A DNA stretch of 62,684 nucleotides, filler included, from Choristocarpus tenellus KU-1152 (taxonomy: Eukaryota; Protista; Phaeophyceae): assembly GCA_964200185.2 (NCBI GenBank). It is 13 parts of 13 records of this genome, joined end to end, with 100 filler letters (N's around TTAATTAATTAA, not from the genome) between each part and the next. Parts side by side here need not be neighbours in the genome. Positions count along the whole stretch, not along the records: positions 22,119 to 24,886 come from CAXNAD020024917.1; positions 24,987 to 28,987 come from CAXNAD020016726.1; positions 29,088 to 32,214 come from CAXNAD020022132.1; positions 32,315 to 35,805 come from CAXNAD020019665.1; positions 35,906 to 40,318 come from CAXNAD020014672.1; positions 40,419 to 45,687 come from CAXNAD020011305.1; 7 more parts are not named here. One strand, given 5' to 3'. Position numbers and translations under genes: made by a program. Numbering within the stretch: the first letter of the stretch is position 1; each line of letters opens with the position of its first letter. Below, piece by piece: positions 23,974-41,666 of the stretch. The notes under the pieces were generated by a model. That model made no database searches, was not told the DNA's origin, and saw nothing but the letters and a program-made list of their open reading frames with translations.

Positions 23974-26900
23974 CTTCACATCAACACCAACACAAGCACA
24001 ACAGAATAAAGTTGGGGGAGGGGGAGGGGGAGGAGGGGAGGAGGGGAGGGGGGGAGGGGGAGTAGTTATCTTCACTATAGTGTTGTGAATCAAAAAAGGT
24101 CGAATCTTCGTTGATGAGTATATTAGATCAGTTCTCTGAAAAAAAATAATCAAAGCACTCTATTACAATAAGAACATACACATATTGTGCAATGGAGGCG
24201 TACAGATCAACAGCATACGTGCGTAAAAATATAAATAAACATATATATATTTATTTTTTGTCTAACGAAAATTTACCAAAATCGATATGTGTCGGGGTTT
24301 CAATTTTTTTTAAATAATCGAATCTAGGATTCAAAACAGTTCTTCATTCCACTTGTTCGCCCACGTTCTACTTAGCTAGCTGTTTGTTTCAATGCATACC
24401 CATTGTTGAAGCTATTTCCTATTTTTTTCTCAATGTCCATACTGCACAGAGGTGTGTATACAAGTAGCAGCACCGGGGGAGAGGGGGACGACATCCAAAG
24501 AGAGGGAGGGAGATAGATCATCTACCAACTTCAACCAAGTTAGAATTCGAACTCAGTATAGTAATACTCTTTGCTTTTACCTCACAAAAAAAAACTGTCT
24601 CTTTTTGTCCGCAGTTTTGAATCATAAACTAAAATAAAAATTTTAAGCAAAATAGCAACATCTTCCAGTACATGAAAAAAAAAAATCAAAACTCCCAGTA
24701 TCACAAAACTAACAAACAAGGAGCACGGTACTGTACTCCGCACAGAATTTTCTCATGTCTTAACGTCAGAATTTTCCGGACCTTTCTCATGTCAAGAGAA
24801 GTTGAACATGTAATTAGGCTCAAAGTATCTGGGGGGGGGGGGGGGGGGGGGGGGACTGTCTTTGTTGGGTCGTTTTTTTTTTGTTTNNNNNNNNNNNNNN
24901 NNNNNNNNNNNNNNNNNNNNNNNNNNNNNNTTAATTAATTAANNNNNNNNNNNNNNNNNNNNNNNNNNNNNNNNNNNNNNNNNNNNCCCCCCCAGAAACT
25001 TTGGGTCAAAGAGTACCAAGATTTGGAGAAGAATATGACATGGACTCAATCGATTTGCAAAGCCTGCTCTACTGACTCACCTGGGCAAGGACAACAGCGG
25101 CATCTACGGCTGCACATTGCATCATCTCGTCGGATGCCATAAGCTTGTAAGGTGTCTTTTGATCCTCAGACAAGGTGTGCCACGTGTCACAGAGAGCTTT
25201 CTCGAGCTCTTCCATTGTCAGTACAGGAGACATGGTTCTGGCAATGTATAGTAAGGTACAGCAGGGCTAACAGTGGGTTTTGTCCTAGCTTCCGTTGGTC
25301 TCATTTCCCGAAGAGACTTTCCACACTGCACCTTCCATTTTATATATACATCAACCCCCGAACTGCTACAGTAGCGTTCTATCACGTTTGTTTGCAACTG
25401 CAAGTAAACTCTATTGTGTGTACATGACAGAAAATTCAATTCGTTGTTGTAACGTTGCCCCAGGATTAGTGACAACATGGTTCTACAGCCTGCCCCTTCC
25501 TCCCTCCAATCTCAAGTACATGTCTCAGGCCATGTGGGGGTTACAATTCGAGTTTAAGGAGATCTCTCAAGGGAAGTATCCTGTACGCCAAGAGCAGAAT
25601 TCACAATCCTAACCTTGGGCGGGGTTTTCTATGGGAAGTCTCCACACCCACCTCATGGCCTCCATGCGCAAAGTGGAGAATATTCCAAAAGGAGAGCGAG
25701 GGCTATCCTCCACTCGTAACGGAGTAGTCTAGCGTGTTACACCAAGCGGGAGAGGACAAGGAGGAAAGAGACGGCCTCAGAACGAGGCCAAGAACCTGAT
25801 TGGAACTCTAGGCAACTACAGTGAGCGAGTGTCGTTTATCGACAGGGGATGAGCCGGAATAAACAAGCTATTTATCCATCGTTTTCTGTAGTATACTCCT
25901 TATGTGCTAACGCATAATAAGGATCAGAGATTGCACGGAGAGGAAACTGCTGTGTGACATGCTACATGCGCTCAAAAAGACATACTCTTCGTCCTGAACG
26001 TTCGCACCGGATTGTTCAGGGAGCAACTTGGCGTTTGAGGCACGAAAGCACATTCATTCATTGTGTTGGACATGAAAGATCAGGCCTTCAGGACACGGGG
26101 ATCAGGATCACTCCCTGATACACACTTCAGCAACCAGTTTGTTCTTCAGGTCGAACACAGTGCAAACGAAGTTTTATCGCTCAGCCCCGATCAGTTGAAA
26201 ATCTCTCGACCGATGCCCGTGGTTTACCAGAGCAGCTCCTGGATAACGCAAGCTGTAGGATTAGTGAATAGAATATACAACGGCTAGCTGATGCAGCCGT
26301 GGTAAACCCTTTTCCCCCTGCCCCGACCCCAGCGAATGGCGAAGGCGGTCAATATTGATATGTTGTATGGATATGTCGCTTGTTTTCCAAACCGATCATA
26401 TTATTCTTTTTCACGAACTTATTGGTTGGATGGTCGGTCTAGGTGTGGAGAGACAGTGGATGGTGAGTCGGAACATCCAGTCTCTGCCTTTCGATCAACC
26501 CCAAAATAATACCAACTGGTTGGGAAATGGGGTTCCTTTTGCGAAGGCAATCGGTGCTATGCCTCCTGGCATTCTCCTTTTTGAGCGTTAGGATCCTGGC
26601 TGATGGCGTTGGAGTCTCTCATGACCAGGTGTTTGGTTCAAAAATGTCTTATCGTGTCACACGCTCCAAATAGTTGCCTCCTAAGAGTCAGCTGGTCTAA
26701 GCCAAGGGCGCTCGAGTCAACAGATTTGTATCATATTTTTCGTTTTCTCATGGGTTGCATTGTTTTGTCGACTTTTTGCCCTCAAACCCGCTTGAAATGC
26801 TACTTTGAAGCTTGTAAGAACACTGTCTACATCCCCCCTGTTAAGTAGGGGAACCCCCACATCTGCGACTCACTGCACAGTACAGCTGCTGAATGATATT

Positions 26901-27106
26901 TACTCAGCAGACTACATATTTTAGCTTGGTTATTGTGGCTTTCCCTTCGTGTCCAATCGCCTGGTGGTATGATGTCTGTTTCTTGTTCTGTGAGTTGATC
27001 AGAACAGATCCATTGTATAATGGAGAGAAAGATGCAAAGGGGGAAGATTGACCATGGACAAGCAACTAATGACCATTACGATTTCTAAACACCCTTTTGA
27101 TCGCAG

Positions 27107-28960
27107 ATTGCTAAAGGTGGGTCTTCTGACATGTATGGGACGAATTTCTGGGGGGCTTTCGTGGATAGCGTTGCCATGATCATTGCCACGGAGATCGGAG
27201 ACAAGACGTAAGAGAACGCCTGATTCATGAACCTACGAACTGTTTTGTATCTCTAGTTTTGCTGCTACCATTATAAAGAGGACCCGCACAAAGATCAAAA
27301 GAGGTTGGAGATTGTTGAGCGTTACCTATCTTCTGTCTAGCGAATCCCAAAGGAATTTGTTTCTGATCGCTGGTATCTATCGTACCAGGGACCTACCAAA
27401 ACAAGTACATTGGATAAGCTTTTTATTTCTGTAAAGTTTATCTTCAGAGTTGAGGTGGTACATGCTTTGCAGCTCACTGTGACCGAACGACGTACTTACC
27501 ACCTTGGGACAAGACGAATTTGACCAGCGCTGGCATGATACAGGAAATATCTTCTAGGCATGCAATAATCTCACAAGAGAGTGGTAGCATGGTGCATGAG
27601 GTACGCATTTGGGCCCAACAGTTGGAACTGGTGGATCACCCCCCAGTGATGCTCACCCAGGGTCCTCTTCTCCCATACCCCTGTTGCGCACAGCTTCTTC
27701 ATTGCAGCTGTGATGGCGATGACCCAACCACGACTTGTTGTGTTTGCTGGTGCAATTGGGGCCTTGGCCGTTATGACAGTGCTATCAGCCATGCTTGGTT
27801 TTGCTCTACCCAGTGTTTTGCCCAAGGCATACACCCATTATGCAAGTGCGGTGAGTGCTCTGTTGAGTGATGAACAAAGCGCTGAGTGCTCTGTGGTTGA
27901 CTCTTGGTAGTTTTGCCCTCAGCTCTCCTTGAAGGAGAAAATAGAGGTGGCTAATGTTTTGAGTGATTTGATTCGTAATATTCAGAATAGAATGTCTGAA
28001 GAACTTCTACAGTGCATATTATTTTTTATCAATCGTTTTCAAAGAGTTCTTGTCTACAATAGATTCAGCTGTGGGAGGCCATGGATAGTCAGTGGGTGGA
28101 TTCTTACAAGGTTCAGGTGATCGTATGATATCCTGAGCTTCTGTATTTACAGGGGCACAAATTGCTGTCTAGGAAGGATGTTTAGGGCTCATGTCTGACT
28201 TGATTTGTGAACTTGGTAGGTGTGTATGACATTAGGCATCCGAAGTGTGCAACACTTGGTGAGGAAGGTGGTGTGAAAAGGCTTTTTTTTTTGACAGGGC
28301 AAGGGAGGGAGAGAATAAAATAAAGTAAATTAGGAACAATGTCATTTAACAAATACGAGGATTACTTGTGAAGGCAAAACAAAGCTTTTGTTGTTATTTT
28401 TACTTCTGGAAGAATTTTGGAAATGACTACATACAGTTGCAAACAATGGTACAATCCTGTTCACTCTCCTTCCCCCATCAATGTTGTGGTAATATATTGG
28501 TGTAAGTCGGGAAGTGAAGAGTCCCTTTTTGTGTGTTTTAAAGTTTCCTTTTGTTAGAAGGTCTCTAAATATCTTTTGTGCTGAATTTGAAACACAACTT
28601 GAGATGAGTGTTGTGTTTTCTTCTGCCATACAATGGGCAGGGAGGGTGGCAGTGGGCGGTGACCTGTGGGATCTTGATGTGAGCATCACGAAGACCATGT
28701 TGTGGTACCTTGTTGTACCTAATCACTGCATGGAAATGTGACTGTTTCTAAGATTCTTTCAATTTATTTAAATGTTGCTTGCATTTCTGGTGATTGAACA
28801 GCCCTCTCTCCTTCCAACTTGTTCAAAAGTTTTATTTATTTGTGTTCAACAACTGTTCCTTGTCAAAAATCATCAGCTCTTGTTCCTGTACTTCGGAATG
28901 AAAATGCTCAAGGAAGGGATGGAGGCGGATGGATCAGGGATGACGGAGGAGCTCAATGAG
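27107..28960 (+). CDS. GDT1: GDT1/TMEM165 (UPF0016) Ca2+/Mn2+ transporter, three exons (partial)
   Basis: Exons 27107-27207, 27694-27850 and 28877-28960 give ..MIIATEIGDKT|FFIAAVMAM..VFAGAIGALAVMTVLSA..LFLYFGMKMLKEG..EELNE. EIGDKT is the family motif. Confidence 0.93.
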
Positions 28961-29087
28961 GTGGGGGGGGTGGGGATGGGGATGAGGNNNNNNNNNNNNN
29001 NNNNNNNNNNNNNNNNNNNNNNNNNNNNNNNTTAATTAATTAANNNNNNNNNNNNNNNNNNNNNNNNNNNNNNNNNNNNNNNNNNNN

Positions 29088-32078
29088 CACCTCGAAGTCT
29101 TCAGTGACAAAGACGATCTCATCTCCAGCACTGAACATCCCTCCGTAGCTGGAGTGGTGTCTGGCGTTCCATCGAATCTTGTCCTTGCGGTGGACAGTGA
29201 ACGGCAAGAACTCTATATACCATTATACTCCGATGGCTGCGTCCGCACAATGCATATGTTCCCCTCGGTGAGCTGTCTATTCTTCCTGGACAGCTGACGT
29301 CTCAGATACATATCACCTGTTCCCGCTTCGGTGGAAAATCCGAGGTCTATTTGCTCGACTGGGGGCACGTGGATTGGTTGCCACCTGCATTGGGCGAGGT
29401 TGCCGATAGAACAGTTTGTGCAGTAGCACGACAGTTCGGTGTATACCAATGTACGGGAGCCGCCGGGTGTGAGCTGACCAGTGAAGAACCTGTGCATGGA
29501 CTTGACTCCACTGAGGTTCGGGACACGTGGGTCGTGTCGTCCCACACGTTCAATCTTGTAAGACGGAAGGTTGACTATCTCCTGTGTGCGGAACGTGTCG
29601 ATGTGTAGAAGTCTTCTGTATGTGTTACTGTGCTGTCTGCCATCCCTCTCCGTCCAATCCTAAGGGTTGTGGCGATTCGGCGTATGAGGGGAGGGGCGGT
29701 TAGTGATGGAGTTAGCGCCAGCACCGAGGCATTATGCTGTGACCGTTTCTATGTGATTACATATTTCCATTGTATTGATACGTGATACCTCTATCGCAGT
29801 AAGAATTTTTTGGTAGTAGGGACGGATGGGAGTGTGCGATGAAACTCAAAACCTGGAGTTTGTTTTGGTTAGTTTTTTCCGACTGGCGGACTAACGAGAA
29901 ATAGAGTGTCATGGCTGCAAGACCTCATGGACTTTGTACCAAGATCGCTTGACGACCACGCTATGAGCGATCGTACTGTGTGACTTGTGTTGTGGGCATG
30001 AAGGGAAGGCACGGATGTGACATAATGTGTGGACCAAATCTGTTGTTGCCTTGGTGGGATATATGTGTTAGCAAGGGACTTGTGGGTATAGAGTGTCGCG
30101 AGTTGCAAACAGGTATCAAGTGTTGTGATTGGGGAAAATCATACACGTGAGAGGGTGGTATCTGTCCATATTGTAACGTTAAAGGAAACAAAAACGTGGA
30201 GTTTAGTGTTGGTTTACCCATTGGCAGACTCATTCAAAATCAAGGTCGGTGGATGCAAGTTTGCACTGACGGTCTGCGGTTCGTGAATAAATGCGTGAGT
30301 GTACTTATCATGTGATCTATGGTGTCAACGCGAGGGAAGGTGTGGATGTGCCATAATGCGTCAACGATGTGTATTGCATGTTTAGTGTATGATTTAAGAA
30401 GGAGGAGCGGGAGGGTGCAGATCAATGCGAGTAGCAAGGATGGATCAAGTCCAGGGGGGCGGGGAGAATCGTGTATATAGTGTATGTGGTATGTGTTCCT
30501 CTTACAAGCGATGGGTATATTGTCGGCGTTGGCGCTGGGAAGAAAAGAGGAAAAGATGCTATGCTTGGGCGAGTTTACCGATTGGCATACTTCTAGGAGA
30601 CAAGGCGGTGACAGTTGTAGGTATGTATGGACAATCTGTGCAGTCTTTTCATAAGTGCAGATTGTGTTATCTTCACGCGACGCATCGTGTCAATGTGAAG
30701 GGAGTGAGCGGGTGTGACATACATTCCAACAATATATATGTTGTGTGTTTGTTATATACGTGGGCGAGGGGTGTACGTGTCGGGGCTGTCGCCATCAGTG
30801 GCAAACAGAGGTGGAATGTTTGGGTGGGGGGGAGGAGGGTCGTCGTGTGGAGTGTGCCTACCTTTGTGACGATTGTCTACCTGGGAGGAACCTTGTGACC
30901 TTTGCGATAGCGCCCCTCTTCCTCTGGTGTCGGATCCCTCAAGGTGTATAGAATTTTGGTTGCCTTGATAGTATTCACTAGAGATGAGGTTCCCGGCATG
31001 CACACTCCGTGTAGTTCCAGTCTCCTGGTGGCAGACTTCACCACAGCCCCGACTCCATCAGACAAGGACTTCCTGTGGCATGAGGCAAAGAAGTTGTGTA
31101 CCACGGAAATTCCCATCCGCGCTAAAGACTGTGAAACCCACCACATCTGCCATCTATTCTTGAATTGGCTTCCGCAGCCATCGGACCAGATGTGCATGAC
31201 CTCTAGAGTCTGACCGTATTCACTGGCTAGAGGTATTAGGCGGTCCTTCACAAGCATCTCCACGGCGTTCTGGACGAACTCGTTGTCCTGGCTTCAGTCT
31301 TCACTGCACACCATCATGCTGTGAGTCCAAACCCTTCCATTCCCGAGATTTCCCTCTTCTCTGAAATCCATCAACCACCAGACAATGGTCAGAAGCGCCG
31401 TAAGGAATAGGTTGAAGAACTCTTGTTGTGTCAAGTCCTGGTGGTTGTGTTGCAGGTGGGCGCTAAAATTCATGGACATGGCGGCATGTCCTTTGGGGAG
31501 GCGGGCTTTACAGTGCTTGTATTGTTGCGCCTGCCAAATGGTGGTGTTGTGATGAATAAAGAAGTTTTTCTCGAAGTTTGCAAATATGACCTTTAGGAGT
31601 GTGGGGAATCCCTCTGTCCTTGGGAACAGTACCTGCATGGAACAGGCGAGGTGGTCGCGTATCGGGAGTTGTTGCTGGTGGTCGTAGGTCGTGGTGATTC
31701 GGGGTGAGTTCTCTGGTATAACCGATTACGTATGGTGCTGTGGGAGGGAGTATCTGTTGTTGTTTTTACCAATACGCCGTGTGTGAGACACATGCAATGT
31801 ACAGCGAAACTATTTTATTGGAATGAAAATGTCGCTCTCACCTTTCACCTCCGACTGTGTTTGTCCGTGGGCCCTGTGGCGTCTTCGTCATTGTTATCCT
31901 CGGTCCTGTTCCTCCTGAGGTCGGGGTCGGACTCTCCCACCATGCACTTCGCGATAATCAAATCATCCGTCATGAGATTGTCCGCCCTCAGCTCCGCATA
32001 TGTTTCGGTGATCAACTTGATCATGTCGTCTTTGGTGGTCCTGCTTGGGGTGGCGATACCAAGTCTAGACGACAGCAC
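29088..32078 (-). mobile_element. Sola2-like DNA transposon, decayed spliced transposase
   Basis: 30881-31640 carries MSMNFS (for DFS/DFA), WSDGCGSQFKN and HNFFASCHRKSLSDGVGAVVK. An exon at about 29213-29610 carries LSCYCTNC....C. In-frame stop at 31294-31296. Confidence 0.7.
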
Positions 32079-33710
32079 CTGTGTGACAGTGTAGGCGGGA
32101 TATACTTATATATATATAGCTTTATTGTAGCATGGGTGTGTGGTGGTATGGATGTGTTTACACCGGGGTCTGGTCGACACATTGCGCAGGTTGCTGGGTC
32201 GGTCTTGTACCCGCNNNNNNNNNNNNNNNNNNNNNNNNNNNNNNNNNNNNNNNNNNNNTTAATTAATTAANNNNNNNNNNNNNNNNNNNNNNNNNNNNNN
32301 NNNNNNNNNNNNNNATCCTGTGGAGGTAAGCTTTCGGGGGCGCCTGTAACACGAGCAGTATACGCACGTGGGGAACCCCAAAAGGGGGAATTCCGATTTG
32401 CCTAAAAGTTGCAGAATAATCCGTAACTCGGGTAGTTGCCAAGAGTTCTCAGATATATATATTCCAGTATCTGTAAACCCGAATAAGCCCCAAACGATAA
32501 ATGATGATTAGAGTTCCTAAAAACGGCTCAAAACGGCTCAGTTCTTCTGACCCAGAGAGCCCCCCCGTATTCACTCTCTATCTGATATCGAAAATTATAC
32601 ATATTTCTTATGCTGATTGATTCATTTGAGAGTACCCCTGTTCTGCTGAGCTGACGTTCATTAATCTGTGGATTGGACTTGACTTGTACATCCTGTAGAG
32701 GTGAGCATCGAGGGGCACCTGTAAAAGAGATGGCATTGAGAAATTTATTATTGTGTGTATCATAAATTCCAAATTGACACACAAGGGGGAAAGTGTGACT
32801 TCAAAAACCACATACTAGCTGATGCAACCAACCCCAAGTTATTACCTCCATAAAGAGGATGTTACACAACGATACCATTGCCAGAGCAGGGCAGGGCTAT
32901 CATATGCACGCACCTTCTCCCAGCCTCTCTATGGCTACCTTGGGCTCTTCCCCCCCTTCGCTACGTCCTCGGTCTCCTTAGAACCATTGTTGTTTGCGAT
33001 TTGGACAAAATCAGCTCCACCTTGGCGAAATACCTCCCCAAACAGGGACCGCTACTTTGTGATTTGTATCAAATTTATTGCTGCACTTTGAAGAAAACAA
33101 TCTCGAAGATGCACACGGCTTAATTTGTTATTTGGATAAGATCGGGTGAACCTTAACAAGAACAATCCTTGAATGGTCACAAGACCCTTCATTTCTCTTT
33201 GGATCATATTACTCTTTGGATCATATTAGGTGCATGTTATTGGATGACTCTTAATCACGGTGTCTGGAACGCCTTCAAAAGGTCTAAATGACTGACTGCT
33301 AGGTTCACCTCACAGTTCACTCAAACCTGCCATTCTAGTCCTTTTCCCCTGTAACCTTTTGACTTTATCTTTTTCCTTCTGACTACCCTTCCCCAACCTC
33401 TACCCTCAAATGTCTCGCATCTCTATCGACTTTCCAAGTCCATTTTCAAGTCATCCATCCATACTTCAATATGTTGTCTACCCTCTCTACCTTCTTTTTC
33501 TTTGTCACATCAAGTGGTTTGGTTTTGCATCACAACGAATTCTAAAGGTGACAAAATTTGGCAGTTCTGAATAATATTAGCAGACATACTGGATACATTT
33601 TCAGAATTTAAGATGATTGAAGGGTAAGGTGAACGAGCAGTGAAAACAGAGATCCGATATTGGATATCGGATATCAACCGTAGTACACAACAAACCAACA
33701 CGATGTAAGC

Positions 33711-33791
33711 CACATCTGCAAAATGTCAGAGGGCATAATAATATATATATATGTAAGTTATTATTTTGCCCTCTGACATTTTGCAGATATG
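33711..33791. repeat. 31-bp inverted repeat (hairpin) of a dispersed repeat family
   Basis: CACATCTGCAAAATGTCAGAGGGCATAATAA / TTATTTTGCCCTCTGACATTTTGCAGATATG (2 mismatches). The same arm recurs at about 33860-33900 and 40435-40465. Confidence 0.85.
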
Positions 33792-34699
33792 CCCGGGAAA
33801 ACAAATGAAAACACAATACATATGTCGGTATATGCCCTGAAGAAACATAATATATTTTATTATTATGCTCTTTGACATTTTGCAGTTGTGTCAGGGGGGA
33901 AACAAATGAAATACCAATGAAATAAAATATCATAAATGTCAAAACACTATAAAACACTCTTAAGTATGAAAACCACTAATCTATCAGTTACTTCACCAGT
34001 ATCAATATTGTACTACTACCTTCCTGTGATATAATGTCAGCAAATTGATTTATGTGAGGAGACTTGGTTTTGGGGTGAATATGCCTGGAAAAACAAGACC
34101 AAGGGTTTTGTTTATTTGTTTCGATTCTTGTTTCCGCTATTGATCTTACCAATCCCGCCCTCTCTAGACCTCTTCAAACAGGTAACTATCAAAGAATGTC
34201 ACTGATGTTGTTAACAAGAAGGTAGAGATGGGAGACTCGTATTGGTGGTCATCTTGGAGGGATCTGTAGGAACGAAGAATAACTTTCCACCAATGTAGGA
34301 TTCTCGACCATACGAGGACCACATTTAGCAGATGGAGAGTACATGTCAAGTGTACAGTTCTGACTGGTCTAGTTAGGGCACTCTCTCTATCCATCTACGA
34401 CCTTAAACGGTCTTGTACAGGCGATCTTCTGCAACACTGCTCACTACATATTGCCGCTCTGTGTTCAAAGTGCCCGCTGTTTGGGGTCATCAGGAGGGAG
34501 CGTGGAGCTGCTGTCTTGGACCCCTCCGAGTCCATAATCACGGGTAAGGCAAGACCACGGAAACCATAGCGCACACCCCAGTAGAAAGATAGGAGAGACT
34601 GGTATCTGGAACATTCAATGCTGCATGACTCGTGGAGTTACTCCTGGCGTCTTGATGACTAGTGTGGCATATATAATGGATGATCGATGACGCCAACAT

Positions 34700-35600
34700 C
34701 GGTGACCTTCAATGCTGCATGCCTGTGAACTTGCCCCTGGTGTCTTGCGAGTTTGTGCGTTGTGAGGTTAATCATCCGTAAGGCGTTAACTCTAGAAACA
34801 TGTGTTGAAATCTTGTATTGAATGGATCGTGCTCTGAAGTACAGCTTGACAGTGATGTGCCGATTCAGATAATGTGTTACGTAAAGAGACTTGGGGCCTC
34901 GCGGTAGCGAAGGGGTGACCGAGTGCACTGAAGTACCGATGAAATCCACTGCGACAAGTCTAGTGATATGCTCTACGATGAGGCTTTGTTGATACTGTAC
35001 TATACAGCACCAATCAGTGTTGTAGTGTGTGATAGTGAGGCATACTCCGAGTAGAGTCGTGGTTCCTTGTGATGAAGGAAGGTTGAAGGTAAATTGACTC
35101 TGAATATATTTCATCCAGGCATGCATCCGATGTACGCTTCATGCAAGACAGAGTTGAGATTGAAGTCTCAGTTGGGGGCGATAACTTGAAGGCTATCGAT
35201 GTAGGGTCTAACTCCAGGGGCTTCTGTCCTATAAAATAAAATAAAGAAGTCTCCGGTCTGCGTAAGCAACTATGTATCACGAAGGTTGTGACGTACTGAC
35301 TCTATATGATATGTACAGGTTATCTAATTCATGAACAAGAAGAACAATTAACAGAGTGAACTGTGAGTAGTGAGAACATACAGTACATGACCATATACAG
35401 TAGGTGTAGACATTGATATGCGCAGTCATACACGAAGGGAAAATCACAAGTGAGCAGGATAGTCGTCACAAGGTGATGATGCTAACTCTATCTATCCATA
35501 AGAGTAGCCAATGTATAAATTACTCATACATGCACTGGGTTAAAACAAAGTGATACTTCAAAAACATGTATAATTGTTCAAGACATTGATGGGAAGAAAC
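34700..35600 (-). pseudogene. Heavily decayed Ty1/copia RT-RNase H remnant
   Basis: Weak motifs only: RHITVKLYF (like KHIDVKYHF), a TT.SEYASLS-like segment and SLFYF. Many frameshifts. Confidence 0.4.
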
Positions 35601-36473
35601 ACCAACAAGTAGAGGACTCTCTTCGATTGATACTCGATTGCTGCAACAAAAAGATTGTGCTTTCTTGCACAGTTTGCGTTTCAGACGCAGGCGTTCCTGC
35701 GAGAAGCAATTACCCGTTAGTGCAAAGTGTCATACTCCAGTTAGTACTAGTGAAGCTCTTTTTGGCTCAAAGAATCTGTGGGGGGGTGGCGGCTGTCCAG
35801 TTGGGNNNNNNNNNNNNNNNNNNNNNNNNNNNNNNNNNNNNNNNNNNNNTTAATTAATTAANNNNNNNNNNNNNNNNNNNNNNNNNNNNNNNNNNNNNNN
35901 NNNNNTTCGTTATTGCAGACATCAGATTCTTTGCCTTCGTTATTCTTATGACGGTCTAAAAAAAAAAAAAAAAACACTCGCGAGCTTAAGCTAAAATATC
36001 AGCAACATCTAACCCTAACCCTACCAATTCCACCTTGCCAGCCGCTAAGTCACAACGCCTTACCAAAACAGCCTTTTTTCTGCCCCTCAAACTGTTCAAA
36101 ACGGTGCCCATCTTAGGTCGACATCTTTCAAAGACCAAGACACGTTTAGGTGTCTTATTATTGCTCTCTTGCATATCATTTTCTCCTTGACCGTTGGAGA
36201 CATATGAGCATTATCTACCATTGTATCAGAGGAATTACAAACAATAGAGTACTATTAGTATGCGTTAAAGAGAAACAAGAGACACACCCACCCAACAAAA
36301 AAAATGAATTATTCAACGAAATGCCCTTTCATTTTGTCATTTATCTCACCGGGAATTGCAGCCCTTTTTTTTTTCATGTAGCAGTACACAGCATGAGGGT
36401 ACAAAATAACTACAACTACTGTCACTATTTCATCTACTTACTTGTTCTACCTCACCACAACTATTTTCAGTTA

Positions 36474-40222
<3,749 letters not shown>

Positions 40223-41666
40223 CTTGGAACAGGGAGGGAGGGGGGGGGGGGGGGGAAAAGGACAGGTTTAAATGCGTGGGGGGGGGGGGGGAAATTGTGA
40301 AGAAAAACAACAAACCCGNNNNNNNNNNNNNNNNNNNNNNNNNNNNNNNNNNNNNNNNNNNNTTAATTAATTAANNNNNNNNNNNNNNNNNNNNNNNNNN
40401 NNNNNNNNNNNNNNNNNNATTGGTTTCCCCCTGACACATCTGCAAAATGTCAGAGGGCATAATAATAAATATTCACTCTAAAAAAGAAAAAGTGAAAAAA
40501 ACAAGAAATGCCACCCGAAGGTGACGGGCAAATTCAAACAATCTTCAACAACAGGGTTAGTGGGTCTGTTGTAACGAAAGAGCAGTCTGCCGTAGCCCAT
40601 GTTAGCTTCCGTCGATTTCGACTCTTCCCTGGACATTCCTCAGTGGATTTGAGAGATGGAGGTAGGTCTTTGTCCGAATGGTGTCGACTTCTATCGCTCA
40701 CTGCCTGTGGCTAAAGCAAGTGGGGATCGGACCACAGGCTGGGGAACGGATGTGACTGGTCGAACGGGTTTTGATGCATTGCTTTTTGGAATGAATGAGG
40801 TCTGTATTATTTCGCAGGAACCAAAGAAGGTTGTTTTTTTACAGCACCACAGACAGCGGGCAAGGAGTTCGGGTTAAAACAGGTTGAAGCATAGGAACGA
40901 GGGTTGGTGGTACACTGTTGACAACCTCTTGGTGTGACAGTCAAGTTTGGCTTGATACCTCATTGTGCATGGACGCCCTGTTCTGGCGAGGTAGTCCTAG
41001 TTCCTGCCTAACGATCGGGGCTTCGACTGAGCCAGCAAAAGGTGTGACATGCTAGCAAACATAACGCGCATCTCTCATGGTACCCAAACCATTGTGAGTC
41101 TTGTTCTTATACGCAGCGTTTTGGCTGGCTTAAACAATTGCGAATTGGTCGCTTCAATTGGATAATTCTTCCTCTATGAGATCATCAAACCTTTGAGTAT
41201 TGCCCCAAGGATTTTACCGAGGTCATCCTGCTTTTCAGTATAGTTTCCAACTAAAATAGAAATTAGAAATTTCATTAGATTTGGTACTGAAAAATACTAA
41301 GAAAGAAAATGGGGAGATAGATTATACTTTCCAATAGTTAATTTCATCTTGGACACTCAAATATAATATGGAACAAGCGTTAGGCCATCTCCTATACGCA
41401 CGTTTTCACCCACGTTTCGTTTTGCTTTTTCCCTTTTTGGGGCATTTCGAAATGGAAGGAAAATCATGACAAATGACAATTATACGGCAATTTTGAGGCA
41501 TTTCTGAACGAGGCAAATCTGAACGGAGGGTGGATGAGACCATTCTTGATCAATTTTCAAGGCAAATCTAAACGGAATTCTTGGTGTTTCGATTTGCCCT
41601 CTGTTGTTGTTCGTGGCGATGTACTTGGAGCTACAGAGTTATTACCTATACCACATCTGGTTCAAG

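Noticed and set aside
25000-26300. Possible decayed transposon sequence (also 8200-8900, 32800-33300 and 40500-41250)
   Set aside because: Coding-like composition but no motif I can identify with confidence; needs a TBLASTX or RepeatMasker search.
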